Source of the DNA: Catajapyx aquilonaris
Taxonomy: Eukaryota
Length of the DNA stretch: 64,000 bases
Direction of reading: 5' to 3'
Assembly: GCA_000934665.2 (NCBI GenBank)
Contig: KZ537969.1
Location: 1 to 64,000, forward strand
Both the position numbers and the translations under genes were made by a program. The notes beneath the pieces were generated by a model, which had not been told where the DNA came from, made no database searches, and saw only the letters and a program-made list of their open reading frames with translations. Shown piece after piece: positions 45,201-59,070 of the stretch (the stretch's first letter is position 1; the number at the start of each line of letters is the position of its first letter).

Positions 45201-48200
45201 TCAAATGACACCTAACCCAACTTCATCACACCTTTACATTCCTACGCCTTCGCCACACACATGCAATTTCGATGAATACTACTGCTCGCCTGAAGAATGG
45301 ACCAGGTGAGTTGGAAACTAAAATTTTAATAGTGTTTAAATTATAGTTCGCAATACCTAATCTGGCATAATTTCAGATGTGTAGTGCAGAAGAGAGTGGA
45401 CCGGATTCTTTTGAGCGATGCTGAATGTGAAGCCACGCCTTGGTGTGAAAACACCGCCCAAGGTACACTATAGGACCTTACCTGTTTCGCCTGAATGCCC
45501 AACAGTGTTTTGCTGTCAGTGTCCAAGACCCTGACCCGAGCTTCCCATCCAAGGACAGGAATTCAGGGAACGCAATCTCTTATGTGTCCCGCCCACACCA
45601 TACAGGCCGCCTCACCAAATCAGTTCACACCCCCAGATCTTCGACAGTGATACCCAAAAGGTGGTGTAACATCCTCCGGAATGTCAAACTCTCCTTCTTT
45701 GCTGGTTGTTAATGAAACATGACGGGGGTTGTCAGATTCGTGACATGATCGAATGGCCCGACCGCACGTTTTCGATCCCAGTTGGTGTGACACATATTAT
45801 CAGTTATAGGAGGCGTGCTTGTTTGTCACTCACCTGAGCGTAAACGTAGTAGAGACCCGGTTCTCTGACTGTGACAGTTCCGTTTTGTAATTGGAAATGA
45901 GGGTGAACTCCCATGTCACTCATCCAAGGGCTGGCGCTCCATGAGGTGAATATACCGCCAGAGTTCCTCAGTCTGCCATTACCTGTAAATAACAAAATGT
46001 GGATATCAGTTGATGGACTTTTACTATCCTATAACTTGGTGTCATATTGGTGGCGCCACAAGCCCATGGCGGCAAAAGAACGAATTCATCTAGTGGCACC
46101 ACCAGTACGGACACCATTAATGTCCAGCACCCCCTCAACACAAAGCATCTTTCCACCCATGGTGCAGTAGCATTTCTGAAGCTGACAAATGGCTCCAGAT
46201 AGCCACTAATGGAAGGCTTAGGTGTGGATGCCGCGGGTTTGCCCATTAAGCAATCGGATCGCCATCTCAGGGGCCGTCACCTGGAAGCCGGCTACTCGTT
46301 TATCTACACTCCTTTTTGCAACACAGGCTGCAAGAAGCCGCTTCTCATTTGTACAAAATAAACTGGTTCGAGGACCACTCTAATTTTTTTTCTCTATTTT
46401 ACAAAAAGCTCTAATCCCATGTACGGTCAATCTCGTAACAAGTCGTCGCCCCCAAAAATCCAGACATGTAAATTATTATGGTCAACAGCTGCGTAACTCA
46501 AGCCGTCACTTGATATTGACAATTGATGGCACGTGCTGACCTTCATAATCCCTGTGATTGATGGTGTATCCGGAAGTATCCCCGATGAAATGAGCTGCAA
46601 GGACAATTCCTGGATTAGCGAATTCCGAGTCCAAGTTGCCCTTGTTCTTGTTCCGGCGATGTCCTCGTCCCTTTCGGAGTCGTCTGCCGCCGCCTCCTGC
46701 CCCGGGGCCGCTCCTGGTCAGTTTGGATTGCGGGGCAGGAGCTGTGGCTGTGGCTCCTTGTTCTTGCGGTTGGTACACTCGGACTAGTATCTCCCCGTGA
46801 CCTGTAGGAGGGGTGGTGGTCTGGTGCCTGACCCTGTGAGGCTGCGGGGGCCGCTGATGGGGTCTGGAGCCTTCAGGGTAATCGGTCATCTGGACACGAG
46901 AGCGACGTTTCAGTACCGGCGGCGGTGTTGATGACGATGGGGATGACCTGAAATTGTTTGTGAAGTTCACACGAGACTCACTGTCTTTGCTACGTACCTG
47001 TAGATGTACTGCTCGTCGTCGTAGATGGCTGGTGTACCCTGTGTGGTGGTCTTCCTTCTCTCCCATGGCTTCTTAGGCCACATGATCTGCGCCCTATGGT
47101 GGGGCCGGATGCCAGACTCAGTCACTGCCTCATCCCAAGACACCTCAGCATCCCTTGGCTCTCCTTGTCCCTTGCTGGCCACCAGGGACTCGTAGAGCCT
47201 CAGACCTTCGCTGTTGCTGGTCCTGTTCCGGTGTGGAGTACGAGGCAATGAGCTTCCTTCCTGCACCTTCCAGTACTGCTGCTCGTTCTGGTAGCCACTA
47301 CTGGAGTCCACTGACCGACGAAGCCGCACGTGGCCCTCCTGGTGGTGGCTACTGGCTGTACTGGTCTCTGGATCTTCGCCAGGCATGGCCATCAACTTCT
47401 CGTAAACTTTTTCCACCTCCTGTAGGAATAGACCAGCACATCGACTATGATACACATTGTCCCAAAAATAAATATTTTCTAATATTAAAATCCTGCGTTG
47501 TTTGACCGAGGCCTCCTATTGGCCCGCCATATATTGTTGGTGGAAGCTTCGATTGGCCCCGTTCTGCGCCTGCGCAATGGGGGGAGGACCTATTCAGTTG
47601 CTAGCTGACTAGCATAGTGAACTAGTAAATAAATAAATATGTTGGACAATTCGGGCGAAAATGTGACTATAAGATTATTTGTGGATTCAGATGACAGCGA
47701 GTGTTACGAGAATCGTCCTTCGCCACCTACGCCCCCAAGAGATTGATATAAATAGGCCACCTTCCCTCCGGAATAGTGTAACCTCTGACCTCTCCAACGA
47801 GCGGGATGTCCCCGCCCCAGCCCAGCAGAAAGGACGGCCATGGGTCCTTTCTCCAATGCAACCAGGCTTGCTTTGACCCCATCGGCCTTTTGTGCCCTCG
47901 TCGCTCACTGGGCTCGTTAGCCCAGGTAGAGAGATGGATTTTCCGCCCACCTTCGAAAGATCTTATCGGCGCCTTTCCGAAGCATAAATTATTTTTACCG
48001 AGCGGATTTTTTGGCCACGGTATGTTACTTACACCCTCTTTTATTATGGTTTCACTGCAGCCCACCCACAGACCGTAAATCGCTACTTTTAATACCCTAA
48101 TGAGCCACGGGGCGACTTATTGGAACTGAGTTGAATTATGGCATAATTTCTACACAGTTGCGCAATATATCGTCCATTAACATCTGATATGTACGACCCA

Positions 48201-51200
48201 ATAAAAAAACAGAGGTGGTCATGAAAAAGTCAGAAACTATATGAGGAGCTCGTACGGTACAAGCCTCTTATCTCGATGTTTGCAGTGAGGGCATTGATTT
48301 TATTGCCAGTTTGTGCCGATTGTTATCTTAGGCTATAAATTTTGCTCTGGCCTTTAGGTTGGGTGCCCCCCGACGTTTAGATTATGATTACCAATCAAGC
48401 ATAGGCGTAGTTGGTTTTTCTCAGGACCTTAGAAGATTCTGTTGCAGGAGATGGATAGATAGATTGTAACAATATCAAAAAAAAAGAGGAATTACGTATG
48501 CAAGGCCGCTGGCAAAAGCCCTAATGCCGTAGGTTACCTTCTTGTGACAGCCCGAGGAATTTCACAGCGGACACTATGATCTAATTAACCCATTTGGCTT
48601 CAGTCCAGCTTCGTACCTTTCCACCACATATTATATCACGCAACAGGAGGTGTTGGGGAGGTGGGCAAAAAAAAAAAAAAAAAATTAAGCCAAATTTTTC
48701 TTGAGAGAAGATGTTATCTAGCACCTTTTATTGGGCAGCATGTTGGCGAACGTTATTCAATAGTGTTGAAGTCACAAAGTGTTATAGATGAAGGCAGTGA
48801 CTCAATTTATTTTTATGTGTACTTGGATACATGTCGCAATTCCCTCCTATAAATAGTGGACCGCACTGACTCATTACACGCAATTACAAGTCCTGGCAAC
48901 AACATGATAAAACCGCTTGAAGTCAGATCCAATGGCGCCACTTAATAGGTCCGAATTCCGACCCTGGGTGCGAAAATGTAGGGGAAATCGACCCAATTGG
49001 TGTTTCGCCTAAAGGTATGTCCTTGAACTGATGTCCACCTATCCATCCAAGTGTGTGACTCCGGTCGTTCTTGCCCCGAAAGTAGGTCCTTGGAGGCTTA
49101 ATAAGCTCAAGACTCTCGAGTTGACAGCAAAGGAGCAGGACTGTTAGTAGGCTGCATCATATTCGTGACGTGAGTCCATTTATGGTCCTGAGAGAGACAC
49201 GAAACATATATACCTCAAGCAAGCAGTGACAAACCGATTTTCCAGTCCAAAGGTAGATATGCTGCGGCTAAAAGGTGGAGGGGGCGAAATCTTAAAAGAG
49301 TCCGTGACCTACAATGGACCGAATACGCCCCGATAAGGGCCAGGCTGACGTCACAATCACACCTTGGGAGGCCTATCGTACACCCGCGCCTATTAGTGAC
49401 GCTACACGCACTTCCTTGTCGAGTCATTCACGATTGCCACGCTTTTCTATCGGGCATGTTATGTTCGGCTGCTGGGTTCATTCATTACAGTCACGGTGCT
49501 TAATTAATGGTCAAAATAATAAAAAAAAATATACAAAGATAATCGGATGTTATAATTTTATAATAAAATTTCCATACAAAAAAAACAGTACAAATAAATC
49601 ACTATGTCACTCATAGTTGAGTTTGTGTGAAGCTAATGAAACAAAGGCTCTTATGTAGGTGGACATATGCTCCATCATTTGTATTACGTGGCGTGTTGTT
49701 ATAATATCTGCCCCATAAAAATAGCCATTAAATCATTTCACTCTGCTAATATTCGCTATTCAATGTACAGTGTTATGAAAGGTGGCAACAAGTCACTCTC
49801 TATTGCAATGTAACAAACACTTGCACTTGGTGCTGTCATATGTAATTGAGCCAGGAGTAATCAGACGTGCAAAAGCTTGCGGACCTAATTTTTCAATGGA
49901 TTGAGGCCAATCTGGCAAGAACTCATCCTTCTCTGCCTACTTTCATTTCTTTCGCGGAAAAATGATGCAGGATATTTGGCATCAACTAGCAGCCAGCAAC
50001 ATTTTGCTCTGATATTTCTATTTTTGAAATTTTTGGAACGACACATATGATCGGTTCCGCGCTTTTGACAATATTATTCCTGGCGTTAGGTAGCAGCAGC
50101 CAAGGACAAGCCCAGCTAACAGAAGCAAGAATTAATTCATGAAACGTGCAGGGTATACAGGCTGATTTGTTTACCCCAGCAACTTATTTGGATAATACCA
50201 AGCATAATACGCATTAGGGCAATCGCAGCTAAATTTTTTTAAACCCAAGAATTTACATAGTGGTAAAGCCATTCTGGAGCCTGCTGGTTGCTGGGGTAAA
50301 CAATCCATTCTTCCCCCCACACTGTGCACCACCCTGTAGTTATGCGCATCCAATCTGATTCTTCACGACCTGCGATGCACCTTCACGCCCAGCTTCCCAA
50401 GGCTACTCTGCGTGCTACAAATCAACGGTCTCTCAATTAATTTGCATGGAGAATAATTCCTCGCTTGTAATTAATTTCATTGCCGTGTAATAATCGACAA
50501 TGTCATATTCACCTCCTTCCGTGAGGAATGGGGCCGAACGGAAGTGCTCGAAAAATCTGGCTTGCTTGGAGCCAGTTCTTGTCAAGGACCAAGGACAGGG
50601 TCGACTTGTCTTTTACGACACAAGAGATCCGTCCGTGTTGCAGGCTCTGGGTTTAGAAGAAGACATAAAAATGACTCCTACCCGCTGTTTTCTGGTAGAT
50701 TCGTAGCCAATTAAGTTCACGATGTGAGGTACAAATGATCTTATTATGCGCGACCTTCACCGGAAGACAGGGAATGTTGGATCCAAAATAGTAGCGGAAG
50801 GTATGTGTGGCGTTGCAATTAGATGGGGACAAAGACGGTCAATGTCAAGAGTGTGTGCAGTGAATAAGGGGCGGTTCCCAGGCCTCTCTTTGCTGCCTTC
50901 TCTCCCCTCAGGAGACCTTGTGAAATGCAAGGTTTCTGACCTCCCCTCCCATTTTCTCCCCCGCAGCCTCTCCAGCCCCCTACTCCCGGCCACTGGTCCC
51001 CACATAACAGCTATTCTACCTATGTGTGCGTATGTTGCATGCCTTCAAACGGGTCTTGTTTTAACTGTTTTGAATGGAAAATCCGTGGACTGTATTCAGA
51101 AACACACGTTTGTACAGGTTGGCTAATTTTAAACTCGGAGTCCAATTTTAGCTGAATTTTTGAGCCATATTAAATTGTTTTTTGATTTTTTTGGATCAAA

Positions 51201-53733
51201 TTTGGAACAAGATTTTGGACAAATTGTGGTGTATATTTCGAGGTCAGTTAATGAACAATTGTTTGGCCAAATGAATTTTTTAGCCAGATTTTTTTGATGA
51301 AATAATTTTTTGATGATTGTTTAAATTTCTAATTTTTTTTGATGATTTAATTTTTTTAAATTTTATTTTTTGGATCAAATTTGGAACCGGATTTTGGACA
51401 AATTGTGGTGTAATAATATTTCGAGGTCAGCAGTTAATGACCAATTGTTTGGCCAAACGAATTTTTTACCCTGATTTTTTGATGACTGTTTAATTTTTTT
51501 TAATTCGTTGATGATTTTTGCATCACATTTGAAACCTAATTTTGGACAATTTGTGACATGTATTTTCAGATCAGTTAATGGCTAATTGTTGGACCAAATT
51601 TTGAGCCTGATTTTGGTCCAAATTTTAAACCACATTTTGGGCAACCCCTATTTTGGGGGGGTCAAATGAGGACAAATTGTATAACAAAATTTTGAACCTA
51701 TTTTTAAACAATACTGCAATTCTGAACGAAAATTTTACGCCAGATTTTGGACCAATTGGGATTGAGAGTCAGTTAATAACAAAATTTCGAACCAAATTTT
51801 TGAGTCAGATATTTTTGGACCACATTTAGGGATGAATTTTTTTGTACCTGTTCCATGCCAAATTTTGAACTAATTTAAACCCAATATTTTTAACCCAAAT
51901 AAAATGCACAATTTTAATTTAACCAAATATTGAACAGATATTTTAGGCTACACCTGCACAGTTTAAACGTGATGTGTACTATCGGAGAAGCCAGAGTTTG
52001 CCAATATTTCTGAATATGACCCCACATTTCGTATAGAGGAAACAAGAGCTTGTTGAACCTGTGCCAGCGAGTGCGATAATCCGCTTAGGGGCATTGAATA
52101 GAATCATTGTTCGTCCCTGGATGCCAGCTGCCGCGAATTGCTTTGATTGAACATAAGCCGCATTTTTATGCCCAGCTAGCGATAGCTATTCGGAGCATGT
52201 GAGCGGATATGGCTAGGCATGAAAAACCGCCAACAGTGACGTAACCTATCCCTGGAAATATTACGTGATGTTTTTGTGTACACGCTACTATATGATAATG
52301 TCTGATTGTAGAGAGGGCATTGATTCCAGCAGTCACCTCTCGTCGTACCGGGTGTACCGGTTGAGTCATACAGCGTAAGTGAGGTAGCTGCGACACGAAA
52401 GCTATCAGACGACGTCATATTTTTCTCGGGATTCTCCGACTCGGAGTGCATGATAAGCAGGGTCTTGTATCTGATGACATTCAAGAGGGCTGATGGATGT
52501 TGTGGTTTGATGTATGGGCGACTCTCACTTGGAGCCTACCACAACCAGTTGGGAATGGCTCGTTATTCATCGTTGATGGGATGTGGGGCAGGATTACGGG
52601 CACGCGTCAACGAAAACGTAGACGAAAACGTGAAAATTGGCTCCACCCACTCAGAGTCATGCGAATAACACGATTCTTCATACGCATGCGCACATGCTCA
52701 TGCGAACAACATGATTCTTCCAACGCATGCGCACATGCTCATGAAAACAACACTGTTCTTCCTACGCATGCGCATACTGTTCACACGGTTACCAACATGC
52801 TCCGAGCATGGTCCTAGTGACCTGAAGAGCCCCCGTGGCATATAACTCATCACTCTAGGTCGTGCCTTGAACTATCAGAAATTATGGCGAAAAAACTACC
52901 ACTTTCGCCTTGAATGAAGAATGAACACATTTTGACACGTATCGTCCCACTTCAGCTGGACTTATGGCATCGGTGAAGGTGATGACGACCTTTCCCCAGT
53001 AGTCACCCCCCAAGGAAAGGCGGGCTCCTCCTAGGGTCCTCAGGCAATCGGCCAAACGAAGGCCCAGAATTTCCTTCTTCAGGAAAAAAAGGTGCTGGAG
53101 GGGGACCTTCGAAGGTCGCCTGGGGAATGGCTTTTGTATCGAACTGTACAGGGTCAACGGTACTTACACGGAGAGGCGCCAACGCTGTTGTTACCATTTT
53201 TTTTCGTCTTTTCGAGAAATCACTATTATTGTGTTTATAGCACTGCATGCGTGGCATTGAAGCCCCTGGGGTTGCCCCTGGTAAAGTACACCGATTTTAC
53301 GTTTTTTTTCGACAACCAGCAACGAACTGTCATTACTGTCTCCCACAAAAAATAATTATCACTGTACTTATTTACTAAGCAATTCGTTCCATTCATTTCA
53401 AAACGTCATGGTACTCACATCGTCCGGCTCTTCGTCGTCAAACTCCTCATCGTCATAGTTGTCCAACTCCGCAAATTGCAATCTGAGGTCCTCCACCTGA
53501 TGCTTCAACCTGTCCACCTCCTGGGTCAGCTCCCTGATCTGTGCTGACCTCCTGACCTCGACCCAGACGCCCGCGACGCCCAAGGCCAGCAGTCCCACCA
53601 CCATGACCACCACCAGGAGCAATAGGGCCTCTCTGTGTCTCCGATGGTGTCTCCCAGTGTCCGGTTGAGTGCCAGTACAGGGTGCCGGTAACAGCATGGC
53701 TGTGAAGGACTTGTCGGCGTCGACCACTGTCAT
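42213..53733 (-). CDS. egr: TNF-family ligand, eiger-like type II membrane protein (~518 aa)
   Basis: Exons 53733-53419, 47419-46998, 46947-46541, 45982-45834, 42476-42213 (1557 nt). N-terminal TM helix ALLLLVVVMVVGLLALGVAGVWV, coiled coil and long stalk. TNF homology domain: LAAHF, W, NGTVTVREPGLYYVYAQINY, LQC, NTCYTAGV.FL..GD, SFFGLFRI. Confidence 0.92.
51111..51960. repeat. AT-rich internally repetitive element (3 diverged ~150-180-bp units plus TTTTGGAC/AAATT subrepeats)
   Basis: GGATCAAATTTGGAAC..GATTTTGGACAAATTGTGGTGTA..TTTCGAGGTCAG..TTAATGA.CAATTGTTTGGCCAAA at ~51193 and ~51372, degenerate at ~51520. Weak terminal inverted match. Confidence 0.65.
52657..52779. repeat. 41-bp tandem repeat x3
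   Basis: TCATG(CG/AA)AA(T/C)AACA..(A/G)TTCTTC..ACGCATGCGCA.A units at 52657, 52698 and 52739. Confidence 0.8.
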
Positions 53734-53810
53734 TGCCGCCTGTCTCACTTGTACTTGTCCAGCACACTCTGCTGGTCTGCTTTTGCCCCGCTCTGGGCCT
53801 CGGCAAGCAC

Positions 53811-53817
53811 TTTTATA
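53811..53817 (-). promoter_or_regulatory. TATA box of eiger-like gene
   Basis: TATAAAA on the minus strand 78 nt upstream of the ATG at 53733. Confidence 0.5.
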
Positions 53818-56800
53818 AATCCCTCCCTCCCGACCGGGAGACACCCGGTTGGCTGATGGTGGGACGGGCCGCCTACTCAACTCACGCCGGAACTACCAGG
53901 ATATACCCAAAGACAAATCTGCGCACTTTAAGATTTTTTTTTTTGCAAATTTATAAGGCAATATTAATTGGCATTTTCGGTTCTACTACCAGCAGCACCA
54001 GCAGCAGTACGCTAAATCGGCCACCAGGGGAGCGCAGGTCGCACTATCATTATCTCCGTAACGACGCCATAAATGCTAAAATCAACTAGAGTAATTTTGT
54101 CTTAAAAATTCGGAATGAGCCTGAATCCCAATTTTGGTCCGATTTTAGTGACTTTTCCCCTACAAACTTTCCTAATGTTGAATCCTGTCAGTAACCCACG
54201 ACACTTGCTTCTTGGCAGAGGGGTCATAATCGGCGCACCCTTGATTCAGTCGATAGATTGATCGCTTGATTGCCTGCTTTGATTGACTGATGGATCCACA
54301 CCCCGGTCGGCCTTAGGACAAAAGCATGGAAAAAGGTGGAGGCAATTCGTTCACCTTTCCAGCGTGGGCATAATCTCACTTATGCACGATTACGTGTGTG
54401 GAGGATTACGATTGGCATAAATAACTTCAAAAAAAAATTGCCGGGCGAAGGACGGGCATATTACTCGTAATTATTTTCAAGTACGTCGTCAGTACGTGAC
54501 TTGCGTTGACCCACAACAGGTGTATAGGACTTTTCCATCAGCTGGCACATCTATCCGTCCTTCCGCCAATATATCTGTCCACACAGGCTGAGGGCATTCC
54601 ACTCTGCTTGGCCGGTTTCGCGATATGGATGCCAGCAGGGTAATGGTGCACGCGATTCATTACACTTTACGACCACTTTATTGCTAAATATGGGTAATGT
54701 TGAGGATAGGGCATAGTCGTTACCGGGCCATACCTAAGGGTGGTCCTGTTCTCGCCTTGATTTATATCCTCGCAGATGACACCCACACTACAGGGTGTGC
54801 CAAAAGTTTCGGTCATATTTGCAGTATGTTTTATTATTACTGTAGTATAGAATTTTACATTTTTGGGACACCATAATGGCTTGTCCTTACCCTTTCTCCA
54901 GGGGTGGTACTGACTTGTGCGAGAAAGGCAAGTCCATGATCTGTACCCAACAACCTCCCACACCCAACGTGTCTATATAGAACCTAAGAAGTGGCCTGAT
55001 TGAAGACAAAGCGAAGAAGAGAGCATGCATATGCATAGGATCCAGGGGCGATAGAAAGAAAAGAGGGCGGACGTAACAATGCATGTAATTTCCACCTAGG
55101 GCCAACACAAACTGACAATTCGGATGAGTCCCTTTAGGGGGTCAAAATTAGGGCGAGTCAACAGAGGTGGGGTCATCATCATGTCAGGCCCTTGAGGGAT
55201 GCTGCTTGTATGATTCACCTGAGCATATCCGTGAGTGGACAACAGGTGCAAGGTTGATGCTGATAAAAATATATAGCACGCGACACATTTCGGATTTATT
55301 CCGGATGACTAATCTGCCTCCCCCGGAAGTGTCATTGTGCGGAACAATGCTGGGGAAATCTCGATGGAGTATTTCAAGGTGGATTTTTGCGTGTACGTAG
55401 CAGGTGTACTCAGGGCAGGTGTGATATGATGCAGCTGCATTAGTTTTAATAATAAAATAATATATAAATAAAAATTTATTATATTAAAATCGTTCGTTGT
55501 GTTTTTTGCGACGCTTCCAATTGGCCCACAGCGCAATGGGTAGGCAGCGCCTCTGGTGCCTCACAGCTAATACTCTCAATAATTATCGACAATTAGTGCC
55601 CCAAATTATAACTAATAGTTCGACTTGAATGCCCTGTATTGTTGTCCCGCCTATCTCTTCATACCTTGTGGCTACAAGTCACTAAAATAAACGGTTTGGG
55701 ATCCCAAAATAAAACTGGATAAGTGGAGCCCCCTAATCGCTGAGGTGTGATTGGTCGGCAGCACCGGTCCGCCTGATTTGCATACGGTTTTATAGGCGGG
55801 AATAATGTGTTGGGTACAACACGAACCTGTCCCAGAAGCAACTTGGGGAATGCACTTCAAGCAAGTTTTCCTGGTGTGCAAGTTTCTGCCCTCCCCTCTC
55901 CAAACTATATACACCTCGTTTTTTACTACCATAAAATCGGGACATGGACCTTGAAAGGTCGCTCTCTTACCTTGCAGAAAATCAATTGCCAACAATTGCA
56001 TCGTAAAGAGACGAACCCATTTTTGCATATATCCACCCCAGACATTTGCTAAGTAGCCTTTTCGACTTGGACGTAATCAGTGGATTTTTGGCTGACACTT
56101 TTGGCTGATTGTCCATCCTGATTTTTTGTAGAAATTTGCTAGCTGGGTGTTCTTTCTATGAAATCACTGTGAGTGAGACAATAACGGCTTTATTGCGTCA
56201 ATGATTGATTCAATTGATCGTTCTACAATGAGTGCTTTTTCCAGTCACATTTTAGAGTCCATATTTGCATATTAGGAATCAACAGTTAACACCAATTTTT
56301 TTCTGACTTAGGCTTTTTTTTGTTGCATACCAGCAGATACTTAGGTCTCATATTTATTTTTGATCCTCGTCTAGTCGCAAGCGTCGCAACTCGTACACTA
56401 TAGTCCTTCTTCCTCTCTGGGAAGATGGCCAAAGATTGAAACCAGTTCCTCCTTTTTCTTTGAGCCTCCATTTTCAAAAAGGAGTTACAATGAGCCAGCA
56501 GCAATCCGAGCGTGTCGATCTATCTCCAAAGAGTATATATAAAAGCCTTCCCCAAATAATCCCAAAAGGAAAAAACGGCGACGTTCTTTTCCTTGACACC
56601 ATTGCACCAAATATGGCCAAAAGGGGCGGCCATGAAGACCCCCCCTCTTGGAACACCCTATATACTTCTATAACCACATCACACTTATGCTTCCTCCGCA
56701 AAAATAGTTTGGCTTAAAGAGGGGCTTCTTTCTGATTAACTAGTGTGTGGGTTTCTCTGGCTCTTTTTCAAAGGGAATCTCCACATAGGATCGGACATGC

Positions 56801-58768
56801 TTTTTTTGGCCACCATTTTTTTTGAAACCCCCCCGTCTTTCAAAGTTGGGAATTAATCAAAACAAAATGTAGTATATGGGTCATTTTTTTTAGCAAATAA
56901 TTTTTTTTAAAGGCCAGAAGTAGCAAAAGTGCACAAGTTCAAGAGAATGTGACAAGTAACTCAAGGTTGCTGAGTTTACAGGATGGCTTTTTAATCGTCT
57001 CTGCTAGTTTGGATGGATGGTTAACGCTCTTTTTTTATATTAATTTTTTTACTGACATAAACATCACATCTGCACATGGTTTGATCATGTTTCGCATGCT
57101 GACATACCGTTTCTGTCGACTCGTTCCTTGCACAACCTACTAGCAATTAAGGGAGATTATTCGATGACTCCAAACCATGTTAGCATAGGCCGAGCATGTG
57201 TTTATTCGTAGATAAATAAGGGCGGGAAAAAATGGGGACGAAAGGGCGTGGCTTTTGCTCTACTTTTGTAGGATCAATGGAGTGAAAAGTGACAGACGGA
57301 AAAAAAAAATAATGCAGGAAATTAATTCTTTCATGAAATTGCAGGTTTTGGGTCCAGCTTGTTTTTCATGCACATTTGTGCAGTAATATATGTCCATAGA
57401 GTACAACAGTATGTCAGGAAGTGAAGGTCGTGAATGGCAGCAGAAGCCTCAGAAGACCTCTTTTGGTTGGAGCCATTTGACCTTGGCAGTAGTTGGCAGT
57501 GTCAGCTGTTTTGTGGCCGTCAATCAGGCCATCTTCTTTCCCTTTCTTTTATTTCCTTTTGCCAGTGTGTGACGTGGGTGCCTCTGCCTCTGCCTTGCCT
57601 TTCTTTGGTTCACCCCCGGCTCTAAATCCGGAACCGTGAAGAAATTTGCAGTGGCGCCCGAACCTCTGGCGCTTCATCTCTTCCTTGCCAAATCCGTACT
57701 TGCGTCACCCACTGCCTCATACAGACTGTTAACTTATAGACGGTCTTATAAAAGGTGACAATGGACAGTCCAGGCGAGGTCTCGACACCTCCTACGCCAC
57801 TATGGACAATCATGTTTCTGTTGAGTGAGATGTTGTGGAGGATTTGAGAGATGAACAGGTGGTAGCAGATGGGACTCAACACTTGTGTTTCAGTTGTTTG
57901 CGTTTTGTCTGTGGAACTTGCAAGTTGTCGCCATGGATAAGGCGTCATCTTTGAATGTCAAGGACGTCTTCAACAGACGCCATATCTGGATATTAGATTA
58001 ACACTCCAGCTCAGTGTTTCCGACTACAAATCAGCGTCCGGTGAGGTCCGGAATATGGCAGCCGGAATTAGATTTATCACCCCCAAAAAATGTGATAAAA
58101 ATTTGACCTATCGTATAATATTCCAAGTTACAGCTTTTTATCTAGGACGAAAGAATGGAGGTGTCAAAATTAGCTTCAGTGATGAGTATGTGATAGAGCC
58201 AAGGACGAGCAATAAAAAGTCCGGTTTATTCGTTGTGCTAACACAATGAAAGAGATCACCAGTCGCATCTTCCGTACGTTTATCACCTTGAAAAGAGTAA
58301 AGTGCTAACTCATGAAGACGTTTTGACGAGAGCACTTTACTGGTGCTTCACGTCATGCACACGTTTTGTGAGATCCTTGTGTCCACTCCTGAACGCGTTT
58401 GCAGATAACGACTCTCGAGCGACTTAGCACCTTGTGGACAATGCGGATGGAACGAACAAACCCCATCGGGACTGCAAAAAAAAATACTGTATATAAAGGT
58501 GGGAACTCGTTTTCCCATAAATCTATCGTTAGCACCTCTTTCTTACAAGGTGACGGCGTTAAGTCACAAGCAGTATCAGTGGAATTTGTATTCTGCAGTG
58601 TTACAAGAACAACCTTCTTATCTGTGTGCATCTCTGACAAGCTCAGCTTGACCAGGCTTACAACAATGGCATTCCACTCGCCAAGTATAAGGAGGGGAAG
58701 ATAAATAATCCGTGACATTTTTGTAACTATAGAATTGACGATTTTTACCACCCCATGTAATTTCCGTA

Positions 58769-58860
58769 CGCTGTAAACCGCAACTGGTGTGTCTCGCATG
58801 GAGCATCAATTTTTAATGCTCCACCAGTGATGCTCTTTTAATATTTTGAAGTTTACAGTG
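58769..58860. mobile_element. Tiny MITE-like element
   Basis: TA|CGCTGTAAAC ... GTTTACAGTG|TA termini. Confidence 0.35.
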
Positions 58861-59070
58861 TAAGTTGATGACAAAGAAGAACAACACATTTTGAGCCTCT
58901 ATGACCGTCAAGTAGACCCTGTACGACCAGAATTCCACTGAAGCAATCAACCTGTTTGCGAATGTTGAAATTCCGCAACAAGACCGTTCGACTGGCTGGA
59001 ATTTTCATTACTATTGTAAAAAGATGGCTGCTCTAATTGGATGCCGACAGCCGACTGTTCAACGGTCACC

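Noticed and set aside
52657..52779. CRISPR-like periodicity in the short repeats
   Set aside because: Head-to-tail tandem units without unique spacers, in a eukaryotic intron, with no cas genes.
54019..54540. CTCF-like and kappaB-like motifs upstream of eiger
   Set aside because: Imperfect matches to short degenerate consensuses; not supportable from sequence alone.
57652..57663. TGGCGCCCGAAC after TGCAG, like a tRNA-Lys primer-binding site
   Set aside because: Only 12 nt match, with no LTR pair, gag/pol or polypurine tract found; plausible by chance.
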